NCBI GenBank assembly: GCA_002104905.1
Contig: MCFE01000253.1
Coordinates: forward strand, 49,596-113,595
Source: Basidiobolus meristosporus CBS 931.73
Taxonomy: Eukaryota; Fungi; Basidiobolomycota
Length of the DNA: 64,000 bases
Direction of reading: 5' to 3'
Under the pieces are notes generated by a model that made no database searches, was not told where the DNA came from, and saw nothing but the letters and a program-made list of their open reading frames with translations. Below are positions 59,270-64,000 of the stretch, piece after piece. Within the stretch, counting starts at the first letter, position 1, and every line of letters starts with the position of its first letter. The position numbers and the translations under genes were made by a program.

Positions 59270-62119
59270 CTAGAACCTCTCTAATAAGTAATCTAATTTA
59301 TGTTTTGTTTCATCTCTTATGTTTGTTTCAATAAAGTAAAGCTCATCAGGGGTAAATATAAAATTCAGGGGTTTTGGGGGAAGTACAAATTGTAGATGTT
59401 TCTGATCAATATAATCCAAGACTGGAACCCAGCCTGGGATTAGGTGTAGTAGGAAAGGTGTGTGGACTTGTAAGTAGCTCTGCCACATAGATCTTAGATG
59501 GTCCTGAGCCAGTAGTCTTGGTTTCTCAGCTTTTTGAAGTTTTGAAGCAAGCTCTGTTACTACAGCAGAGCCAACCAGGGTGTGCCAGCAAGAAGATTTC
59601 AGGGAGGAGTTAGATTGAAGCCATTGTTTGATGGAGGGGTTATGTGATTTCTGAAGTTTGACTAGGAAGGAAGCACGGAGATAGACCATTCGGATTTGGT
59701 ATGGGTAGAAGCCAAAGGCTCCATTAGTTGCATGGATATAGGGAGATACTGGAAGATAAGGTACCAAGGATCTGATACACTGATGGAGAAATTTATCCAG
59801 GCGGTGAAGTTCTCTGGAGGTTAGGGGTATAATGTGGAGACCAAACTCAAGTACCGGCAGTACATACTGCTTCAGAAGTATAGGGATCTTTTGAATTGGA
59901 GTGTCTGGAGTGACTACTACCAGAAGCTTTTTGAGAGCCTGTTGAGCAAGACGGATCCTATTATTCAGGTGGAGCTTTGAGTCAATCCCATGTTGACAAA
60001 ATGGCAGACCTAGATATATTGCAGTTTGTTGTGGCAGAATGCTAGTGTTCTGTATAGTTGTAGTGCATCCAATTGGGACTGTCTTGGAAATTGAGAGTGA
60101 GAGGTTGTTGGCAGCCAAGTACTTCTCAATGATGGCAGTGTCTGCTATGGGATTAGGAGTAGCAATCTTGATATCATCCGCATAGAGAGTTAGTAGTGGA
60201 TAGGGAGAGTCTGGTGAGGGGCCTTTTGGAAATAAAGGAAAGTCATGTAGGAATATCACAAATAGTAAGGGACCTAGTACAGATCCTTGGACTACTCCAT
60301 TTGGAACCTCATAAGTCTCTGATGTACAACTTGGATGCAAAATTTTGGCTGAGTTCTCACAAAATAGAGAACGTACAAGAAGGGTCATTGGTAGTGTGGT
60401 AACTGCTAATAGCTTTCTCCAAAGCAGAGCTCTGTCCACAGAGTCAAAGGCTTTAGTAATGTCAAACAGAATGGTTGGCAATGAGAATTGAAGTGAATGA
60501 TCATGGCTTAGCACTACAGCCATATCCAAGGAGAGTTTGGGCAAGAAGCCAAACTGAGAAGGATGGAATGGATATAGTTGAGATTGCAAGGATCTTGCAA
60601 TTATAAGCTCAAAGATTTTCCGGCAGGTTGGCAGGAGTGAAACTGGCCGGTAAGAACCTGGGAGTGAGTGTTTCCCCTTCCCTTTGTATAAGGGTATTAC
60701 ATTTGCCTGTGACCAGGCCTTTGGGGTAGTCAATTGTTGGGCACAGATAGAGTAGAATGGGAGAAGTAAGTGACTCATTTTGGAGTAGCACACCCGGAGT
60801 AGATCGTAGGTAATCAAGTCATGTCCAGGTGCAGTATTTGCAGGAAGCTTCTTTAAGATTTTCTCCAGAAGCTTTGCTGAAACCAAAATTGGAGATGTTG
60901 GACTGCTAGATATGTTACCAGTATGGTAGAAAGGAGGAGTGGGATGCACGGTTGAATCAAAGAATATAGGGGCCAGTTTGTCTGGTGATGGTATACTCCT
61001 TGCTTGGGGTCTCATGGCTTTATATACTCTTGATATGGACCTTGTGGTGGCATTCATATTTACTAAGGGCAAGGTATCCATGATATGAGCCCATAATCTA
61101 GTGTGCTCAGTGATCTGTAGTGACTTGGAGTAGGAGATTGCGCTTTCCAGGAGGTTCTGTGTTTTTGGGTTAGGGAAACATAGGTAGCTGGAATTTAAGG
61201 CAGAAATGATGGATTTCCATTTAAGTTGGTTTGCAGATGGCTTTTGGTAGGACTTGGTGGGCAGGGCCAGACAGCCAGTGATTATGATGAAATGCTGGTA
61301 AAATAGCCATAATGCATTTATATCATCACAAATCCATGCAGGTAAGCTGGGAAATGCATATTCTGTAAGCAAGGATAGGTAGTTGGCAAAGTCCTGTGTC
61401 TGTGATACTGAAGCTTTGGCTGGCAGGATTGTAAATGGCTGAAGAAGGGTGCCAATTGGTAGGGTTTTTCTGGCAGAAATGATAATATGTATTGGCTTGT
61501 GATCAGATTTCTCTAGTGAACCACAGCTGATATCCTCTGGAATGCTTGTAACCTGGTGGATGTATTGTAAGGCAGCTGGAGTAGCTGTTACCCAGTCAAC
61601 ACAACGTTGAGCTTGCTGAGTGTTTACAGTGACCAGATGGTTTTGTCGGAGGAACTTTGTAAAGTGCTCCTCTCTAGTTCTAAGTCTGGATGAAATAGTG
61701 GTGATATTTTCAGGGTGGGGAATATTTATATCTCCCACTACCATACAAGGGATTGATGAGCTGTTAATGAATTCTGATGTGGCCAAGAAAATTGCCAGTG
61801 TTATGGAGTTAGACAGAGATGGAGGGAGATAGATAATAATGGCTACTATAGTTGGAAGTGTTAGAGCATAGCAGTAATACTCATAGATGATGGATACATT
61901 TGCTGAGGGTGCAAGCTTAGAAGATGAAAGAGCAACAAGTGCCATTGAGTGAGCTGGAAATCTTGGGTGAGCAGATGAATATGCATTCAGTCTAGAGGGA
62001 AGTTTTGGCAACTTAACATCAATTAGTAGGAGCAAAGAATATTCCTTTTTCAGTAAGTTTTCTAATTCAGCTACAGTTGGAGTGATGGAGTTGCAATTGA
62101 GTAAGAGTATGTTTTGTAG
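59270..62119 (-). CDS. LINE ORF2: APE endonuclease plus reverse transcriptase (no initiator ATG before the EN domain)
   Basis: EN: ILLLNCNSI, LLLIDVK, YLPP, VVGDIN, CVDW, SDHKP. RT: APGHD, YRPVSLL, QFGF, FDITKAFDSV, QGSVLGP, YADD, YLG. Frame is open back to the ORF1 stop. Confidence 0.95.
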   Translation of the reverse strand, partial: LQNILLLNCNSITPTVAELENLLKKEYSLLLLIDVKLPKLPSRLNAYSSAHPRFPAHSMALVALSSSKLAPSANVSIIYEYYCYALTLPTIVAIIIYLPPSLSNSITLAIFLATSEFINSSSIPCMVVGDINIPHPENITTISSRLRTREEHFTKFLRQNHLVTVNTQQAQRCVDWVTATPAALQYIHQVTSIPEDISCGSLEKSDHKPIHIIISARKTLPIGTLLQPFTILPAKASVSQTQDFANYLSLLTEYAFPSLPAWICDDINALWLFYQHFIIITGCLALPTKSYQKPSANQLKWKSIISALNSSYLCFPNPKTQNLLESAISYSKSLQITEHTRLWAHIMDTLPLVNMNATTRSISRVYKAMRPQARSIPSPDKLAPIFFDSTVHPTPPFYHTGNISSSPTSPILVSAKLLEKILKKLPANTAPGHDLITYDLLRVCYSKMSHLLLPFYSICAQQLTTPKAWSQANVIPLYKGKGKHSLPGSYRPVSLLPTCRKIFELIIARSLQSQLYPFHPSQFGFLPKLSLDMAVVLSHDHSLQFSLPTILFDITKAFDSVDRALLWRKLLAVTTLPMTLLVRSLFCENSAKILHPSCTSETYEVPNGVVQGSVLGPLLFVIFLHDFPLFPKGPSPDSPYPLLTLYADDIKIATPNPIADTAIIEKYLAANNLSLSISKTVPIGCTTTIQNTSILPQQTAIYLGLPFCQHGIDSKLHLNNRIRLAQQALKKLLVVVTPDTPIQKIPILLKQYVLPVLEFGLHIIPLTSRELHRLDKFLHQCIRSLVPYLPVSPYIHATNGAFGFYPYQIRMVYLRASFLVKLQKSHNPSIKQWLQSNSSLKSSCWHTLVGSAVVTELASKLQKAEKPRLLAQDHLRSMWQSYLQVHTPFLLHLIPGWVPVLDYIDQKHLQFVLPPKPLNFIFTPDELYFIETNIRDETKHKLDYLLERF

Positions 62120-63778
62120 TCAGGCAGACTCTGAGGTTGCCTGTTCCTGCTGAAACTCTTGCACTGCCCTTTGTAAATTTCCAGAATTATTCCACAACTC
62201 TTCAAATGGAGCTTGTGTAATGTCTTTCAGGATTCTAATTGCTTCCTCTTTCAAGAAGTAGGCCACATCATAGGTTGGAGCCTGTTTCTTAATGGCAGCA
62301 AAGAAAGCCATAATTGCCATGTGAGCTGGGGGCTTGTTGAATATTCCTGGCTCAGTGTCCATTGACTCTGGTGGAATGATTGTGAATTTGGTAGACACCC
62401 AGTTTAGATTTTTTGCCAGATACTTAGTCAATGCAGTGGAGAAGTTTCTGTCCACAATCATTTCTAGGATCTTTCCTCTTCTCCAAGCTAGGTTAACAAT
62501 TTTTGAAGTGTCAATATTTAGAGAGCGGAATGTATGTCTGATGTTTGATATAGTAGTCCATGGAACATTGGCAAAGTATAGCAAGGACCAATTCTGGAGC
62601 TGAGGTAAGTTTGCTGGAGGCTTATAGGTAGACTTCCTGGCAGGTTGTGTGGTAGGCTTTAGTGTTTCCAAGGTAGCAAGTTGTGGTTGAGACTTTTTAG
62701 AATTACGTATGACTTTGGAAAGAATTCTGCCAGCAACTGTGTCAGGAATGTTAGTACTTGTTGATGGTGCAGGGCCTGGCTCCTGGTACTGCTTTTGTAG
62801 AATACTTGAGTATGTCTCTTTTTGTTTTCCTTTATCCAAGGTGCTATGCCTTGGAATGGGATTTTGGGGAATAGAGACTTCAGGTATCAACTCTGGGGTC
62901 TGGTGATTGTCCAACACTGTTGCTTGAGCTTCCAGCTTTTCCTCTAAGATTTGAACTCTCTGCTTAAGCTCATCATTTGACGCTATAAGTGTGGCATTGT
63001 TTGGAGCCAGGTCAGGTGTTGAGTTATGAAGGCAGGTTGAGCAGCATTCTAACTCCTTTGTTTGGTCATCCAACTTTTCTTCTAAGGTTTGAACCCTCAA
63101 TTTGAGTGCACCATTTGAGGTTAGAAGCTCCAAGTTATCAGCCTGCAACTTCTTTAGATCCCTAAATATCTCAAATATCTGTGCCTGCAAGTCTTTAGCA
63201 GTGATATTTCTGATGGGTACTATTTCCTCTAGGAGTTCTTCTTGAGCCAGGTGAGCATTGGGACTTGAGCACTCTACTGAAGGAGTTGCTGGAATTTCCT
63301 CAATGTCTGACAAAACTCCTTCACTTGCAGCATCAGTTGTATGATTATCCTGAGTAGCAGCAACAACCTCAAGTTCACAAGGACCAGTTGAAGTAAAACA
63401 TTTCTTGGGTGGGACTATCTCAAGAGGCTTGGGTGGGACTTTTGCTTTGAATGGTGAGGTACTAGGATCAAGAATTGGGACTGGGACAGAAGCTATGGTG
63501 TCTATTTCAGCAGCAGTTGCTGTAGAGCTACTGGGGCTCTGACTGGCTGGTTTTTTGGTCTTTGCCTTCACTCCTGCTACCAACTGGTCAAGACCACAAA
63601 TCTTTGTACAGGCCTTGCATTGGACCTGCTTGACCTTATTCTTGCCAGCACGGCCATTGAGCTTCCATTTGCCTCTGATACCACAGGCAGTGCAGTCAAG
63701 TTTTGAATACCATCTTCTGAAGAGAGTCAGATCCTCTTTTTCCTCACTGGTAAGAATCACCTTACTTTGTGGAGGCAT
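62120..63778 (-). CDS. LINE ORF1 (552 aa): N-terminal C4 zinc finger, coiled coil, C-terminal putative RNA-binding domain
   Basis: CTAC-x21-CKAC; heptad-like LQADNLELL...LKLRVQTLEEKL; position upstream of ORF2. Confidence 0.85.
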   Translation of the reverse strand: MPPQSKVILTSEEKEDLTLFRRWYSKLDCTACGIRGKWKLNGRAGKNKVKQVQCKACTKICGLDQLVAGVKAKTKKPASQSPSSSTATAAEIDTIASVPVPILDPSTSPFKAKVPPKPLEIVPPKKCFTSTGPCELEVVAATQDNHTTDAASEGVLSDIEEIPATPSVECSSPNAHLAQEELLEEIVPIRNITAKDLQAQIFEIFRDLKKLQADNLELLTSNGALKLRVQTLEEKLDDQTKELECCSTCLHNSTPDLAPNNATLIASNDELKQRVQILEEKLEAQATVLDNHQTPELIPEVSIPQNPIPRHSTLDKGKQKETYSSILQKQYQEPGPAPSTSTNIPDTVAGRILSKVIRNSKKSQPQLATLETLKPTTQPARKSTYKPPANLPQLQNWSLLYFANVPWTTISNIRHTFRSLNIDTSKIVNLAWRRGKILEMIVDRNFSTALTKYLAKNLNWVSTKFTIIPPESMDTEPGIFNKPPAHMAIMAFFAAIKKQAPTYDVAYFLKEEAIRILKDITQAPFEELWNNSGNLQRAVQEFQQEQATSESA

Positions 63779-63859
63779 ATTTGCAATTTCCTAAAAAAAA
63801 AAAAAAACACCAAAAGTGGGGGAGGAATCTTTTAGTTGTTGGATGTTAGTCTCTATGGC

Positions 63860-64000
63860 TTAGGGTTAGGGTTAGGGTTAGGGTTAGGGTTAGGGTTAGG
63901 GTTAGGGTTAGGGTTAGGGTTAGGGTTAGGGTTAGGGTTAGGGTTAGGGTTAGGGTTAGGGTTAGGGTTAGGGTTAGGGTTAGGGTTAGGGTTAGGGTTA
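63860..64000 (+). repeat. Terminal telomere (TTAGGG)23.5
   Basis: Perfect repeats to the end of the window, G-rich strand pointing outward. Confidence 0.99.

Larger units (their letters stand above)
59182..63859 (-). mobile_element. Module D: near-full-length telomeric APE-type LINE (~4.7 kb)
   Basis: ORF1, EN-RT ORF2, ~80-bp 3' UTR with the shared tail, 81-nt 5' leader joined to the terminal telomere. Confidence 0.95.

Noticed and set aside
59270-62035. Penelope-like (Coprina/Athena) element, TERT or hammerhead-bearing Terminon
   Set aside because: The RT motifs (YRPVSLL, KAFDSV, QGSVLGP, YADD) and the APE domain are LINE-type; no hammerhead core was seen in the tails.

Overview
This window is the right-hand end of a eukaryotic chromosome, most likely from an early-diverging fungus (inferred from short introns, TTAGGG telomeres and the presence of MCM9, PPP1R21 and pallidin homologues). 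It has three zones. (1) 1-~3000: a CpG-depleted nest of decayed Ty1/copia pieces. (2) ~5.2-51.9 kb: a compact block of host genes, namely homeobox TF, polo kinase, PreP/Cym1, 7TM-RGS, RPS9, AMP deaminase, PHOSPHO-type phosphatase, TAF1, MCM9, DIP2, FBXO9, RAD17, RPL14, a TBC RabGAP, pallidin, metacaspase, PMP47 and PPP1R21. Three of these carry frameshifts that may be assembly errors. (3) 52056-64000: a strictly polarised, head-to-tail array of minus-strand retroelements ending in (TTAGGG)n. The headline candidate system is in zone 3. Nine modules share one 3' tail, read on the RNA strand as GGCUUCUUU..AAAGAUU-UCACC-loop-GGUGA-CU(U/G)UC..CCCCCUAA, and each is joined through a TTAGGG or TCAGGG junction. 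The modules are three APE-type LINE families (one nearly full length), one non-coding family, and a ~525-bp tRNA-derived SINE with intact A/B boxes whose tRNA head carries CCCTAACCCT. The full LINE has ORF1 and ORF2 in frame, separated only by UGA-CUA. The array reads as a telomere-extending LINE/SINE partnership operating alongside telomerase-like capping. Novelty cannot be confirmed without database searches.
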